A stretch of DNA of 64,000 nt from Planctomycetota bacterium (GCA_039190745.1 JBCCXZ010000008.1:1-64000), one strand, 5' to 3'. Positions 48,669-59,208 are shown, counted from the stretch's first letter. Notes: generated by a model not told the origin, from the sequence alone. A program made the numbers and translations.

Positions 48669-50138
48669 CTAAACCGCCACGGTGACGGTCTTCGTCTCCA
48701 GGTAAGCCTCCAGCCCGGCTTCGCCCAGTTCGCGGCCGATGCCGCTCTGCTTGAAGCCACCGAAGGGCGCCGCCGCGTCGAACACGTCGTAGCAGTTCAC
48801 CCACACCGTGCCCGCCCGCACCTTGCTCGCGAAGCGGTGCGCCTTCGCCACGTCCTTCGTCCACACCGCCGCGGCCAGGCCGAAATTGGTGTCGTTCGCC
48901 CGGGCGGCGATATCGTCGACGTCGTCGAACTTCAGCACGCTCATCACCGGGCCGAAGATCTCCTCGCGGGCGATCCGCATGTCGTCGGTCACATCGGCGA
49001 ACAGCGTCGGCTCGACAAAGTAGCCGCGGTCGCCATGCCGCTCGCCGCCGGAGAGCATCCGGGCGCCGTCCTGCTTGCCGTACTCCACGTAGGACAGGAT
49101 CTTCTCGAACTGCGCCCGGTCGACCTGCGGGCCCTGCTGCGTCTCGGGGTCGAACGGGTCGCCCACGCGGGTCTGGCCGTTCTTGTCGGCGAGCCGCTCG
49201 CACACCTCGTCGTACACGCTGGACTGAACGAACAACCGGCTCCCGGCACAGCAGCACTGCCCCTGGTTGAAGTAGAGCCCGAAGTGGGCGCCGTCGACCG
49301 CCTGCTCCATGTCGGCGTCGGCGAAGATCACGTTCGGGCTCTTGCCGCCCAGTTCGAAGGTGAGCCGCTTAGTGGTCTCGGCCGCCGCACGCTGGATGAT
49401 CTTCGCCGTCGTGCCCTCGCCGGTGAAGGCGATCTTGTCCACGCCCGGGTGCTCCACCAGCGCCGCGCCGGCGGTCGGCCCGTAGCCGGGGACGACATTG
49501 ATCACCCCGTCGGGGATGCCCGCCTCTTGGGCCAGCTTCGCCATCCGCAGGCAGCTGAGCGGCGTCTGCTCGGCGGGCTTCATCACGATCGTGCAGCCGG
49601 TGGCCAGCGCCGGCCCCCACTTCCACGCGGCCATCAGAGCCGGGAAGTTCCACGGGATGATCTGCCCCACCACGCCCACCGGCTCACGCCGCGTGTAGCA
49701 GAAGTAGTCGCCCCGCAGCGGGATCGTGTCGCCCTGAATCTTGTCCGCCCACCCGGCGTAGTAGCGGATGCAGTCGATCACCAGCGGGATGTCGGCGTTG
49801 CGCGAGTCGTTGATCGGCTTGCCGTTGTCTAGCGTCTCGAGCGCCGCGAGGTTCTCCGCGTCCTTCTCCAAGAGGTCGGCCAGTTGGTACATCAGCCGGC
49901 CCCGGTCGCGGGGGTTCATCTTCGACCACTCGCCGCCGTCGAACTGCGACCGCGCCGCGTCGACCGCCAACGCAACGTCCGCCGCGTCCCCCTCGGCCAC
50001 TTCGGCGACCACCTCCTCGGTGGCCGGGTGGATGGTCTCAAACGTCTTGCCGCTGGCCGAGGAAACCCACTTGCCGCCGATAAAGCACTCGGTCTGCTCG
50101 ACCTTCGGCCGCGCAACGGTTTGTTCGATCGTCGCCAT
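48669..50138 (-). CDS. Aldehyde dehydrogenase (ALDH1/2-like)
   Basis: [54 protein letters not shown]. Confidence 0.95.
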   Translation of the reverse strand: MATIEQTVARPKVEQTECFIGGKWVSSASGKTFETIHPATEEVVAEVAEGDAADVALAVDAARSQFDGGEWSKMNPRDRGRLMYQLADLLEKDAENLAALETLDNGKPINDSRNADIPLVIDCIRYYAGWADKIQGDTIPLRGDYFCYTRREPVGVVGQIIPWNFPALMAAWKWGPALATGCTIVMKPAEQTPLSCLRMAKLAQEAGIPDGVINVVPGYGPTAGAALVEHPGVDKIAFTGEGTTAKIIQRAAAETTKRLTFELGGKSPNVIFADADMEQAVDGAHFGLYFNQGQCCCAGSRLFVQSSVYDEVCERLADKNGQTRVGDPFDPETQQGPQVDRAQFEKILSYVEYGKQDGARMLSGGERHGDRGYFVEPTLFADVTDDMRIAREEIFGPVMSVLKFDDVDDIAARANDTNFGLAAAVWTKDVAKAHRFASKVRAGTVWVNCYDVFDAAAPFGGFKQSGIGRELGEAGLEAYLETKTVTVAV

Positions 50139-50335
50139 AGAAATCGCCCTCCGGGGGAAAACGCTTAGTTTATTGAGTTGGAAAACGCAGGCCCGCTGGC
50201 TGCGTCAGAGGAGTTACGCCGCAACCCAAGAATCTACCACTATCCTCACGAGACAAGCTAGGCCGGGCAAGAAGGTCAGCCTAAGGCTTAGGCGGGGCAG
50301 CTGTGCTCTTACCGAGCCGTGTGCGCTCGCAAAGC

Positions 50336-51160
50336 TCAATCTAGTAGCACCTCGCTCACCGACGCCTCGATCCCCGTACAAATCCCCTCCAGGTCGACGT
50401 GGTCTTCCTCCACGCCGAAGGGCTCCTCGACGTACTGCGCAATGCCCTCGCCCGCGACGACAAAGTAGGCCAACAGCATCGAGATCGGCACCGCGAACCA
50501 GCCGAAGTCGTCGTCCAATCCCCAGGGCAGCACCAGCAGGTACGCGATCACGCAGTGCTGCACGAACCGCCGCCACGAGACGCTCATCAGCGTGTTCTTG
50601 ATCCGTTCGCACGCGCCCGCCACTTCAAGCAGCTCGCGGGCCTCCGAGTCGAGCACCCAGAGCTGCCCGTCGGTCAACCGGCCCTGCGACCGCCACGACG
50701 CGAACTCCGCGTAGATGTGCCGCACGACGAAACTTGGCAAGTGCTTGGGCGGTCGCTTGGTCTCTTCGAAGCCGGGTAGCACGGTCACGTCTGGCTGATT
50801 GCGCAGGTGGTCTTTCAGCCCGTAGCAGAACGCCACGATTAAGTCGCGCACCCGGCTTCGCTCCGCTTCGTCGAGCTCGTGCAGCTCGCGCGCCTTCACG
50901 GCCAGATTGCGGCTCACGTTCACCAGCTTGCCCCACAGCGTGCGGGCCTCCCACCAGCGTTCGTAGGCCCGGTTCACGCGGAACACCACAATGAGCGTGA
51001 TCGCGAACGCCAGCCCCGCGTCGATGCCCGCCGGGATGTCCGGCACGCGCGAGCCGACCGCTTCGTCGACCAGCACAACCAGCGCGCTGTACACGCCGGC
51101 CGCCAGGGCCCACACCCACACCCGCCGCAGGGGCACCGTCACCGCGAAGCTCTTGGCCAA
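50336..51160 (-). CDS. Bestrophin family (YneE-like) anion channel
   Basis: FRVNRAYERWWEARTLWGKLVN, GACERIKNT, EEPFG; TTG start at 51160. Confidence 0.88.
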   Translation of the reverse strand: MAKSFAVTVPLRRVWVWALAAGVYSALVVLVDEAVGSRVPDIPAGIDAGLAFAITLIVVFRVNRAYERWWEARTLWGKLVNVSRNLAVKARELHELDEAERSRVRDLIVAFCYGLKDHLRNQPDVTVLPGFEETKRPPKHLPSFVVRHIYAEFASWRSQGRLTDGQLWVLDSEARELLEVAGACERIKNTLMSVSWRRFVQHCVIAYLLVLPWGLDDDFGWFAVPISMLLAYFVVAGEGIAQYVEEPFGVEEDHVDLEGICTGIEASVSEVLLD

Positions 51161-51168
51161 CCGACCGC

Positions 51169-52266
51169 CTACCTGGGTTGAAGGCGACAACGCCGCACGG
51201 CGCGCATCGCCAATGTGGGCAACAACGCCGAGCACATCGCGAGCCCCGACGGCTCGGGGACCAATGCGACCGAAACCGCAGCGCCGTCCTCCACGACGCG
51301 GGCCCGCCAGTCGGTGAGCACCGAACCTCCCCACGCCGCCTGCGCTTCGTCGCGCTGCCAACGGAGCAGGTCGCCCAGGTCGGCGTCGCCGTCGCCGTCG
51401 ACGTCGCCCGCGTGGTTCGGCAGCCGCGCGATCGGCAGCTCGCCAAAAAACTCGGCGATGTACCGCAGGTGCGCCAGATGAGCGTCGCCGTCTTCGCCGG
51501 TCGCCCCCCACAACCGGAACTTGCCGCTCTCCGCGGAGCGGTAAAACTGCAGCGTCCCGAGCCCGGCCTTCCGGTACGGCCCCGCCAGCACGCCGAGGTG
51601 GTCGAGCAGCTCGTCGCCCGTCTCTAGCGTGCTCTCATAGGTGAACGTCGGCACCTGCGAGTGCGAGAACAAAAACGTCTTCTCGCCCGCCGCGGCCAGG
51701 TCGGCGAACGCCTTGTAGTCGACCATCTGCGAATCGAGCGGCGTGCCGTCGCCGGCCGTCGTCGCGTACAGCGAGTCGGCGGCCAGCACCGCGTCGATCT
51801 GCTCGACATAAGCCGGCGTCTTCAAGACCTGCCGCACCGCCCCGTAGCCCGCGCTGAACGACGAGACCGCCACCGCGTCCCACTCCAAGTCGCTCGGCAG
51901 GTCGCGCTGCCCCCGGGCGGTCGCCAGCGCATCGTTGATCAACGTTTGAAAGAGGCCCGCATCGGAAAACGGCCCCGTGTAAGCGCTCGAAAGCCCCGGG
52001 TAGTTGACGGTCACGATCAATGCGTTGAGATCCGCCGCCAACGCATTGTTCCAGACCGTCTGAGGATCGCCGTGAAAGTGGACGAGAAGGTCCGCCACCC
52101 GCCCGGGCCGCTGCTCATAGGTGCTGGGGACAAACAGCTTCCAAGCGGGGTCGCTCAGCGCCAGCTGCCGCCCCGTCGCCGCCGGCAACTGCGCCACGGC
52201 CGCATGAGGGCCTAACAACACGCCGCTGAGGACGATCAGAACGAGGAGTCTCGGAAAGGAACCCAT
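51169..52266 (-). CDS. Secreted alpha/beta-hydrolase-like protein with dockerin-like repeat and PEP-CTERM
   Basis: Signal peptide, VHFHG, SSFSAGYGAVR (elbow-like), GDVDGDGDADLGDLLRWQR, VPEPSG + TM + RR. Confidence 0.75.
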   Translation of the reverse strand: MGSFPRLLVLIVLSGVLLGPHAAVAQLPAATGRQLALSDPAWKLFVPSTYEQRPGRVADLLVHFHGDPQTVWNNALAADLNALIVTVNYPGLSSAYTGPFSDAGLFQTLINDALATARGQRDLPSDLEWDAVAVSSFSAGYGAVRQVLKTPAYVEQIDAVLAADSLYATTAGDGTPLDSQMVDYKAFADLAAAGEKTFLFSHSQVPTFTYESTLETGDELLDHLGVLAGPYRKAGLGTLQFYRSAESGKFRLWGATGEDGDAHLAHLRYIAEFFGELPIARLPNHAGDVDGDGDADLGDLLRWQRDEAQAAWGGSVLTDWRARVVEDGAAVSVALVPEPSGLAMCSALLPTLAMRAVRRCRLQPR

Positions 52267-52303
52267 CCCTACACCATAACGGATCGGGATGAGCGGGGCA
52301 CGC

Positions 52304-53308
52304 TCAGGCGTCGGCGACGGCCGCGATGCCGTCGTGCGAGCCGGTTTCCAGCTCAGCCAAGGCCCGCTTGCGGTACACCAGCCCGTGGTCCACCTCGGTA
52401 AACCCAAGCCGCTTGTAGAACGCCTGGGCCGCTTCGTTGGTCGACATCGTCTGGGCCTCGACCGTGATCACCCCGCGACGCCGGAGCGCCTTGAACGCTT
52501 CGCTCAGCAGGTAAGAGCCGTAGCCCTGCCGGCGGAACTCGGGCCGAACCTCGATTTCGTGCAACCCGGCTGTACAGATGCCCCAAGAAGAGGAAAGAGG
52601 CTGGACGTCCCACAGGCCCGCGTTCGCCACCGGTTCGCCGGTCCGACGCTGGACCATCTCAAACCGGTCCTGCTGCAGCCCGCCCCACACACACGCCTCC
52701 CACCAGTTGCCCGCCGGAGGGTCGAGCTTCTCCACGACGTTGGTCGAGCGTTTCAACAGCCGCGCGCCGCGAGAAACCGGAGCCTTGAACCGCGCTAGGT
52801 CGCACTGCAGGATGCACACGCGGGCCGACTCGTCGTAGCCGCTCCGTTGGCACGCCCCGTGGAGTGTCTCGTTCGACTGGAGCACGCCGGGGATCTCGCT
52901 CCCGCCGTACAGCCCGAGGTAGAACGAATTGAGCGGCCGGATGCCGCCGGCGTACAGCACTGTTGCTCCGCGGCTTCGCAGGTAGGCCTCGCTGGCGTGG
53001 AGCAACTCGTCGGCTAACCCGCCCCCTTCTGCAGGGTCGACCATCAGCATGTAGGTCGTCCCCAACGAGCAGTCGATCGCGCTGCCGTCCTCGTTCGGCC
53101 CAAAGCCCGCGTGCGCAAAGCCCACCGGCTTGCCGTCTTTCGTGGCGACGATCAATCCGTTGCGGTCGAAGTGCGCCTTCGAGAAGACGGCGTACTCCAG
53201 AAGCGGGGGCGTCACCGGCTGCAGCAGCCCGCGCTGGGGCGGCTGGCTCCGCCAGATCGCCGCGAGGTGCGGCGGGTCTGAATTCAGGAAAGGCCGGAGA
53301 CGGTACAC
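52304..53308 (-). CDS. Tandem GNAT family acetyltransferase
   Basis: VGFAHAGFG; EVRPEFRRQGYG and NEAAQAFYKRLGF motifs; GTG start at 53308. Confidence 0.85.
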   Translation of the reverse strand: MYRLRPFLNSDPPHLAAIWRSQPPQRGLLQPVTPPLLEYAVFSKAHFDRNGLIVATKDGKPVGFAHAGFGPNEDGSAIDCSLGTTYMLMVDPAEGGGLADELLHASEAYLRSRGATVLYAGGIRPLNSFYLGLYGGSEIPGVLQSNETLHGACQRSGYDESARVCILQCDLARFKAPVSRGARLLKRSTNVVEKLDPPAGNWWEACVWGGLQQDRFEMVQRRTGEPVANAGLWDVQPLSSSWGICTAGLHEIEVRPEFRRQGYGSYLLSEAFKALRRRGVITVEAQTMSTNEAAQAFYKRLGFTEVDHGLVYRKRALAELETGSHDGIAAVADA

Positions 53309-53336
53309 GCGTTGTCGATGCTCCTGCCGGTTTACG

Positions 53337-53684
53337 TTACGCCTGCGACCCGCCGTCCGAATCGCTCTCAACGCCCAAGGCCCGCTCTCCAACAAGTATT
53401 CTATCGGTCTCGATCCGCACCGGAAAACAGGCCTGACGCACACTCGGGCTCACGGTGTACGCACCGTCGGGCAGCCTGTACTGCCAACCGTGCCAAGGAC
53501 AGGTCACCACCCCGCTGTCGACCTTGCCCTCGGCAAGGGGCCCGCCCTGGTGGCTGCACACGCCGTCTAACCCGTAGAACTTTCCCTCCGCGTGGTAAAC
53601 CGCAACTAGCCGGCCAGACACAACAGCCTCCATCGCCGAACCTTCCGGCAGGTCTGCAGCAGGGCCGATGTCGATCCAGGCCAT
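53337..53684 (-). CDS. Rieske (2Fe-2S) ferredoxin
   Basis: CSHQGGPL...CPWHGWQY. Confidence 0.92.
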   Translation of the reverse strand: MAWIDIGPAADLPEGSAMEAVVSGRLVAVYHAEGKFYGLDGVCSHQGGPLAEGKVDSGVVTCPWHGWQYRLPDGAYTVSPSVRQACFPVRIETDRILVGERALGVESDSDGGSQA

Positions 53685-53801
53685 CGGGCAGCAAGGCGGG
53701 GGTCTGGGCGGGCGGGGAGACGCCGGGCCACCGCCCTACGTCAAAGAGCGATTATCCTCACCGCGTCGCCCGTGGCAAGCTTCTCGCCAAAGCGACCGTG
53801 G

Positions 53802-54779
53802 TTACGCCGCCCGAGCCTTTTTCCTCAGCCGCCTCAGCGTCCGCCGGTCGAGTTGGTCGTCCCGCCAACGCCGGTGCAGCCACCAGTATTGGTCGGGAGA
53901 CTCCCGGATCTGCTGCTCCAGTTCCGTCGTATACCACTGGGCAACCTCAGAAACAGTCCGCAGCTCGAAGTCTTCCGCCAACGGGTCTACGATCGAGGTA
54001 ATCCGCCCCTCAATCTCCAAGGGCCCCCCGGTCCGCACCATCCCGCAAAAGCACGTCGGCGCGTCCGAACCCAGCGTAAAGATCGAGACCGCCTTGTGCG
54101 TCGAAGCCGGCCGGCCAAAGAAATCGACCCAGCACCCCGTCGGCCCCGCGTTCTGATCGCCCAACAGCACCAGCGTCCCGCCCCGACGCATCAGCTCGGT
54201 GATCTCCGGCCCGCTGCCGTCCTTCGGAAGCATGTGCTGCCCGGTCGCTCCGCGGAAGCGGTTCACGAAGTCGTGCAAGAAGCGATTGTCCAACGGCCGC
54301 GCCACCGTGTGCGTGGGGAAACCGTGGAGCCCCATCTGGTAGCCGCCCATCTCGAAGTTACCCAAGTGGCCCGAGATGATCACCACCGGCCGCTCGTCCA
54401 GCAGCATCCTCGTCAGCTCCGCCATCCGCGGCATCGAGCCGTGCTCCCGCCAGTTCGTGCGGCGGATCTTCCGCGGGGTCTGGGCGATCTCCGCCAGCAT
54501 CAGCAGCAGGTGCTCCCACATCCCACGCACGATCGCCTTACGTTCTGCGGCGCTAGATTCAGGAAACGCCGTCCGCAGGTTTTCGTCCACCACCTTGCCG
54601 CGTACCCGCAACACGTCGCCCAGCAACCACGCCAGCCACTTCGCGATCTCGTGACAAAACCCCAACGGCAACGCCTGAATGACGCATACGAACAGCCGCA
54701 CGGCTACGTACACTGCGTAGTCGAGAGCCAGCTGCAAGCCGCCGCGTGGTTTGCCGTCCGCCAAACAAATGCCTCGCAT
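53802..54779 (-). CDS. Lipid A lauroyl (LpxL/HtrB-like) / lysophospholipid acyltransferase
   Basis: ENLRTAFPE, SGHLGNFE, LGDQNAG, VDFFGRPA, PDQYWWLHRRW. Start ATG 54779 or TTG 54764. Confidence 0.88.
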   Translation of the reverse strand: MRGICLADGKPRGGLQLALDYAVYVAVRLFVCVIQALPLGFCHEIAKWLAWLLGDVLRVRGKVVDENLRTAFPESSAAERKAIVRGMWEHLLLMLAEIAQTPRKIRRTNWREHGSMPRMAELTRMLLDERPVVIISGHLGNFEMGGYQMGLHGFPTHTVARPLDNRFLHDFVNRFRGATGQHMLPKDGSGPEITELMRRGGTLVLLGDQNAGPTGCWVDFFGRPASTHKAVSIFTLGSDAPTCFCGMVRTGGPLEIEGRITSIVDPLAEDFELRTVSEVAQWYTTELEQQIRESPDQYWWLHRRWRDDQLDRRTLRRLRKKARAA

Positions 54780-54911
54780 CAGTGAGCGCCGAATCGGCCG
54801 CGCTTCCAGCCCAGCTTCCAATAGGGGCCAGAACGTCACTAGAATGAGGGCCCACAGGAAGTGGACCCGCCGGCCAGGGGCCGCGGATTGTGCCCCAGAA
54901 CCGCCCCGCGG

Positions 54912-55430
54912 GTGAAGACCGATTTGAACCCCGCCCCCGCTTACCGGCCCCGGCTGCACGTGGTGCTCTACCAGCCGGAAATCCCCTACAACACCGGCAG
55001 CGTCGGCCGCACCTGCGTCGCGGTGGAAGCCAAGCTCTGGCTGGTCAAACCCTTGGGGTTCCGGGTCGACGACTACCACCTCCGGCGGGCCGGCCTCGAC
55101 TACTGGCAGCACCTCGACTGGGAGGTCTGCGACCATTGGCAGCAGCTCACCGAGCGCCTGGCGGGCTCACGGCTCTTCCTCTTCTCCAAGAAAGCCCGCC
55201 GCAACTACTCCGAGGTCGAATACCAGCCCGGAGACGCCCTCGTCTTCGGCAGCGAGTCGGCCGGCCTCCCGGAGACGCTGCTCGACCCAACCGCGGCCGA
55301 AGCGCTCCGCATCCCCACCTCGGGCCACGTCCGCAGCCTCAACCTCTCCAACACCGTCGCCGTCGCGGCTTACGAGGCCGTTCGCCAGTGGGACCCCGGC
55401 TGGGGCCCTTCGCCGGCCGGAGCGCCTTGA
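54912..55430 (+). CDS. trmL: tRNA (cytidine(34)-2'-O)-methyltransferase (SPOUT)
   Basis: VVLYQPEIPYNTG, PLGF, LRRAGLDYW, VFGSESAGLP, RSLNLSNTV, YEAVRQ. Confidence 0.93.
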   Translation: MKTDLNPAPAYRPRLHVVLYQPEIPYNTGSVGRTCVAVEAKLWLVKPLGFRVDDYHLRRAGLDYWQHLDWEVCDHWQQLTERLAGSRLFLFSKKARRNYSEVEYQPGDALVFGSESAGLPETLLDPTAAEALRIPTSGHVRSLNLSNTVAVAAYEAVRQWDPGWGPSPAGAP

Positions 55431-55686
55431 GCGAATCCCCGCGATCTGTCATCAAAATGAACTCGGCCGCTGCCCCTCCGCCGGCAGGACCCGCAAACAA
55501 CCGGCCGGCGTGAACCCGCTCCGCACAATCGCCGATCTGCCTCCGAGGGGTACACTTCTGCCATCCCTAGCGCGGCTGCCCACCCAAACGACTCGGCCCA
55601 ACCAACGAGTCGGCGGAAAACGGGCGAGAATTGACGGACGAACGCAGAAACGTAAACATGGGGCATCTTTCCCCAGGGCTTTGCAA

Positions 55687-56565
55687 ATGACGCTGGTTAG
55701 CGGATTCGAGAAGATCGTCCGAACCGAGGAGCCGCTCGCTGAGCGGACTTGGCTCAAGGTCGGCGGCCCGGCTCGATTCTACGCCGAACCCAAGTCAGCG
55801 CAAGAACTTGCCGCGCTCATCCGCCGCTGCCGAGAGGAGGATGTCTCCGTCCGCGTGCTCGGCGGGGGATCCAACGTCCTGGTCCGCGACGAGGGCGTCG
55901 AGGGCATGGTCATCAGCTTCGCCCACCCGTTCTTCTCCGAGATCCAGCTCCGCGGAAACTCCATCACGGTCGGAGGCGGCGCCCGACTCGCACACGCCAT
56001 CAGCGAATCGGTCCGCGCCGGCCTCGCCGGGCTCGAGCCGCTCGTCGGCATCCCGGGCACCGTCGGCGGAGCCCTGCACGGCAACTCCGGCAGCCACGGC
56101 GGAGACATCGGCCAGTGGGCCTCAGCCGCCACCGTCGTCACCCGCAACGGCGAAATCGCCAAGCGCGAACGCGAAGACCTCGTCTTCGCCTACCGCCAGA
56201 GCAGCCTCGACGAACTCGCCATCCTCAGCGCCGAGTTCCAGCTGGAAGAAGACGACCCCGAGAAGCTCACCAAACGCATGCAGAAGCAGTGGATCGTCCG
56301 CAAGGCCGGCCAGCCGCTCTCCCACCAAAATGTCTGCAACGTCTTCAAGAGCCCCCGCGGCATGAGTGCGGGCATGCTGATCGACAACGCCGGCCTCAAG
56401 GGCACGCGCGTCGGCGGCGCCGAGGTCAGCCAGAGGCACGCAAACTTCATCGTCGCCGACGATACCGCCACCAGCAACGACGTGCTCCGCTTGATCGACT
56501 TGGTAAGAAGCCGGGTCGCCGAACGACTCGGAGTCGAACTCGAAACTCAGTTGGAAATCTGGTAG
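55687..56565 (+). CDS. murB: UDP-N-acetylmuramate dehydrogenase (MurB) homolog with altered catalytic positions
   Basis: KVGGPA, LGGGSNVLV, GIPGTVGGAL, FAYRQS, QP...FKSP, GAEVSQRHANFIV, GVELETQLEIW. Confidence 0.85.
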   Translation: MTLVSGFEKIVRTEEPLAERTWLKVGGPARFYAEPKSAQELAALIRRCREEDVSVRVLGGGSNVLVRDEGVEGMVISFAHPFFSEIQLRGNSITVGGGARLAHAISESVRAGLAGLEPLVGIPGTVGGALHGNSGSHGGDIGQWASAATVVTRNGEIAKREREDLVFAYRQSSLDELAILSAEFQLEEDDPEKLTKRMQKQWIVRKAGQPLSHQNVCNVFKSPRGMSAGMLIDNAGLKGTRVGGAEVSQRHANFIVADDTATSNDVLRLIDLVRSRVAERLGVELETQLEIW

Positions 56566-56609
56566 CCTCCGCCCGCCCATACCATCAAGCAGCACATGGA
56601 GGTGTTGCC

Positions 56610-57554
56610 GTGGCGAAAAAGAAACCTGCCGAAGGCGCGGAACCAACCGGCGTTCTTGCCCTCCTCAACGCCGTCGCCCAGCGCTGGCGGACCCTCGCGG
56701 TTCTGCTGCTGGTCGTCGCCGCTGCGCCGCTCTCAGAACGAGCTTGGCGCTCCTTCGAGCCCCGTATCGCCAGCCAGCCGCAGTACCTCGTGCGGCCCGA
56801 AAACGTCAGCATGACGCCCAACCCCGAGTGGGTCACCGCCGACGTGCTCGGCGACGTCCTCCGCTCGTCGGGCCTCACCCAACAGCTCTCCGTCCTCGAC
56901 CGCAGAGCGCCCGACCTGGTGCAAGACGCCTTCGGCGTCCACCCGTGGGTCGCCTCGGTCGACCGTGTCGAGAAACGCTACCCCCCAGCCCTCCACGTCG
57001 AGGTCACCTACCGCAAGCCCGTCGCCGCCATCGAGATGCCCGGCCAAGGCGGCAGCGAGCTGCTGCCGATCGACCGCCTCGGCACGCTCCTGCCCGCCGC
57101 CGACGTGCCCGAAATCCGCCGCCGCTACCTGCCCCGCATCCGAGGGATCGTCGGCCGCCCCCCGGTCGGCCAGGTCTGGACCGACCCCCGCGTCACCGGA
57201 GCCGCCAAACTCGCCCACCGACTCGCCGCCAAGTGGGAAGAGCTCCACCTCGTCGACATCCTCCCCTCGGCCCGCCCAGAGATCCGCGCCGGGCAGCGTT
57301 ACTACGTCTACGATCTCATCACCCGCGGCGGCACCCGCATCGTCTGGGGAGCCGCCCCCGACGCTGGCCCCCAACGCGAAGACCCCTTCGAGAACAAACT
57401 CAATCGGCTCCTCGCCTACGTCCGCCAGAACGGCCCGCTCGACTCGGTCCTCGGCCCGCAGTCCATCGAGGTCCGCAGCACGCTGCTCGTCACCGCCCGC
57501 ACGGCCAAGCTCCCCGCCGACCCCGAAGACGAAGAAGCCACCAAGAAGCGCTAA
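56610..57554 (+). CDS. FtsQ/DivIB-like POTRA domain membrane protein
   Basis: GGAGG RBS and GTG start; N-terminal TM; HPWVASVDRVEKRYPPALHVEVTYRKPVA resembles the FtsQ POTRA end; directly after murB. Confidence 0.7.
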   Translation: MAKKKPAEGAEPTGVLALLNAVAQRWRTLAVLLLVVAAAPLSERAWRSFEPRIASQPQYLVRPENVSMTPNPEWVTADVLGDVLRSSGLTQQLSVLDRRAPDLVQDAFGVHPWVASVDRVEKRYPPALHVEVTYRKPVAAIEMPGQGGSELLPIDRLGTLLPAADVPEIRRRYLPRIRGIVGRPPVGQVWTDPRVTGAAKLAHRLAAKWEELHLVDILPSARPEIRAGQRYYVYDLITRGGTRIVWGAAPDAGPQREDPFENKLNRLLAYVRQNGPLDSVLGPQSIEVRSTLLVTARTAKLPADPEDEEATKKR

Positions 57555-57607
57555 CCACGCTCTTTTCTTCTCGCGGCGCACACGCAGAGTCTCGTCTCAC
57601 ACCGTGC

Positions 57608-57637
57608 GCAATAGCCGCGACGCTACGCGTCGCTGGG
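57608..57637 (+). repeat. Partial copy (core hairpin) of the dispersed structured repeat family
   Basis: GCAATAGCCGCGACGCTACGCGTCGCTGG; core identical to 38468-38492. Confidence 0.7.
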
Positions 57638-57784
57638 GCCCCGCCAGACCGCCCAGAAAAAAATCTGCGTGCTCCGTAAGGAACTCCCCCGCCCCCCGTC
57701 ACCCTTTACAACAAGCGAGGAACATCAGCCTCGCAAACCACCCATCCCACCTAGGGCCCTTCGGCCCGCCCAAGGAGGCAAGTC

Positions 57785-58372
57785 ATGTCGTCCTTCACGA
57801 TCCACACCGTAGAAACCGCCCCAGAAAACGCCCGCCCGGCTCTCGAGCGTGCAGCGAAGGCCTACGGCGCCGTCCCAAACCTGATCGGCATCCTCGCCGA
57901 GGCCCCCGTAGCCGTCGAGGCGTACCAAGCACTCGGCAATCTCGTGAAGCTGAGTAGCTTTACCCCGACCGAAAGGACAGTCGTCTGGCAGACGCTCAAC
58001 GCCTACCACAACTGCGAGTACTGCATGGCCGCCCACACTACGATCGCCCACACAGAGAAGATCGACCAGGCGGTGATCGAAACCGCTCGCAACGTCGGGT
58101 CGTACGACGACCCGCGCCTCGAAGCGCTCCGCGTTTTCACGCTGACGCTCGCAGACAAACGCGGTTGGGCTGAAGACCACGAGGTCGATGCCTTCCTCGC
58201 CGCCGGGTTCACCCGCCAGAACATCCTCGAGGTCATCACCACCATCGCGCAGAAGGTGATGAGCAACTACACCAACCACTTGGCCAAGACGCCGGTCGAT
58301 GACGGTTTCGCCAAGCACGAATGGAAACACCCGAATCCTCGGCAAGAGGCTGCAGAAGCCGTCGCCGGCTAG
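57785..58372 (+). CDS. Carboxymuconolactone decarboxylase/AhpD family protein
   Basis: GAVPNL, CEYCMAAH (CxxCxxxH), AFLAAGF, SNYTNH; RBS AAGGAGG. Confidence 0.88.
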   Translation: MSSFTIHTVETAPENARPALERAAKAYGAVPNLIGILAEAPVAVEAYQALGNLVKLSSFTPTERTVVWQTLNAYHNCEYCMAAHTTIAHTEKIDQAVIETARNVGSYDDPRLEALRVFTLTLADKRGWAEDHEVDAFLAAGFTRQNILEVITTIAQKVMSNYTNHLAKTPVDDGFAKHEWKHPNPRQEAAEAVAG

Positions 58373-58603
58373 ACCATCGCGGTCCACGCCGTCGAGCTAG
58401 GCCTCGACGACGGCTTTAGAGAGGAACACGCAACCGACCCCCAACCCGACTGGGCCTCCGCAACCCGCCCACTCGCATGTGAGGCAAACCGCGGAGGCCC
58501 GGTTTGTTATGCGCACACGAAACCACGGTAAACATCCGATCCACCACGGCAAGCCCGGCACGGCTAGTATCGAAGCAGGACAGCTTCTAAGCAGAGAGCG
58601 GGC

Positions 58604-58807
58604 TCAAGCCCCTTCGTCGACAGCCGCCTCGGCGGCCTGCTGCTCGGCTTGGCGGAGCTGCTCAGCCAACTCCTCGCGGACGACCGCCAGTTCTTTCGGC
58701 GCATCAATCCCAATACGAACGCCGCCGCCGCCGACCTTCACCACGGTCAGCGCGATGTTGTCGCCAATCAGAATCCGTTCGCCCGGCTTGCGGAATACTA
58801 CCAGCAC
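58604..58807 (-). CDS. csrA: Carbon storage regulator CsrA
   Basis: MLVVFRKPGERILIGDNI...VRIGIDAPKELAVVREEL. Confidence 0.9.
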   Translation of the reverse strand: MLVVFRKPGERILIGDNIALTVVKVGGGGVRIGIDAPKELAVVREELAEQLRQAEQQAAEAAVDEGA

Positions 58808-58948
58808 GGCTTGTGCGCCTCCTGTCGCCCCACGGCGTCCATCGGCCCGTGAACTGCCAGGAAGTTACAGCCTGCCTACGCGAAATGCAAGCAGCCGGCG
58901 GCCCCGGCCCCGCATCGGCGACACGCTGAGTACCGCTCAAAACCGTTG

Positions 58949-59208
58949 TTTTCTTGCAGAAAATGGCCACCCAAGGCGAGATAATGAGCTGCTTCACCGC
59001 CATCCCCGGTAACCAAACCACCACGCTGAGAGCCCGATAGTGTTCTCGAAAACAAAGCACGAACGGACGCAAACTCGAAATGTTAAGACCGCCCGTAGAT
59101 AGCCGCGACGCTACAAATCGCTGGCTAGCTCAGCCATCGACCCGGACAAAACAGCCGACTTTTGGCGTATCGCCGCGTGTACCCGATTCCGTGCCAAAAG
59201 ACAAAACC
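58949..59208 (+). repeat. Dispersed structured repeat family, copy C
   Basis: Head TTTTCTTGCAGAAAATGGCC; core TTAAGACCGCCCGTAGATAGCCGCGACGCTACAAATCGCTGG; tail GACTTTTGGCGTATCGCCGCGTGTACCCGATTCCGTGCCAAAAGACAAAACC. Confidence 0.8.

Noticed and set aside
55749..56609. N-terminal extension of the FtsQ-like ORF
   Set aside because: It overlaps murB in another frame; a GGAGG RBS supports the GTG start at 56610.
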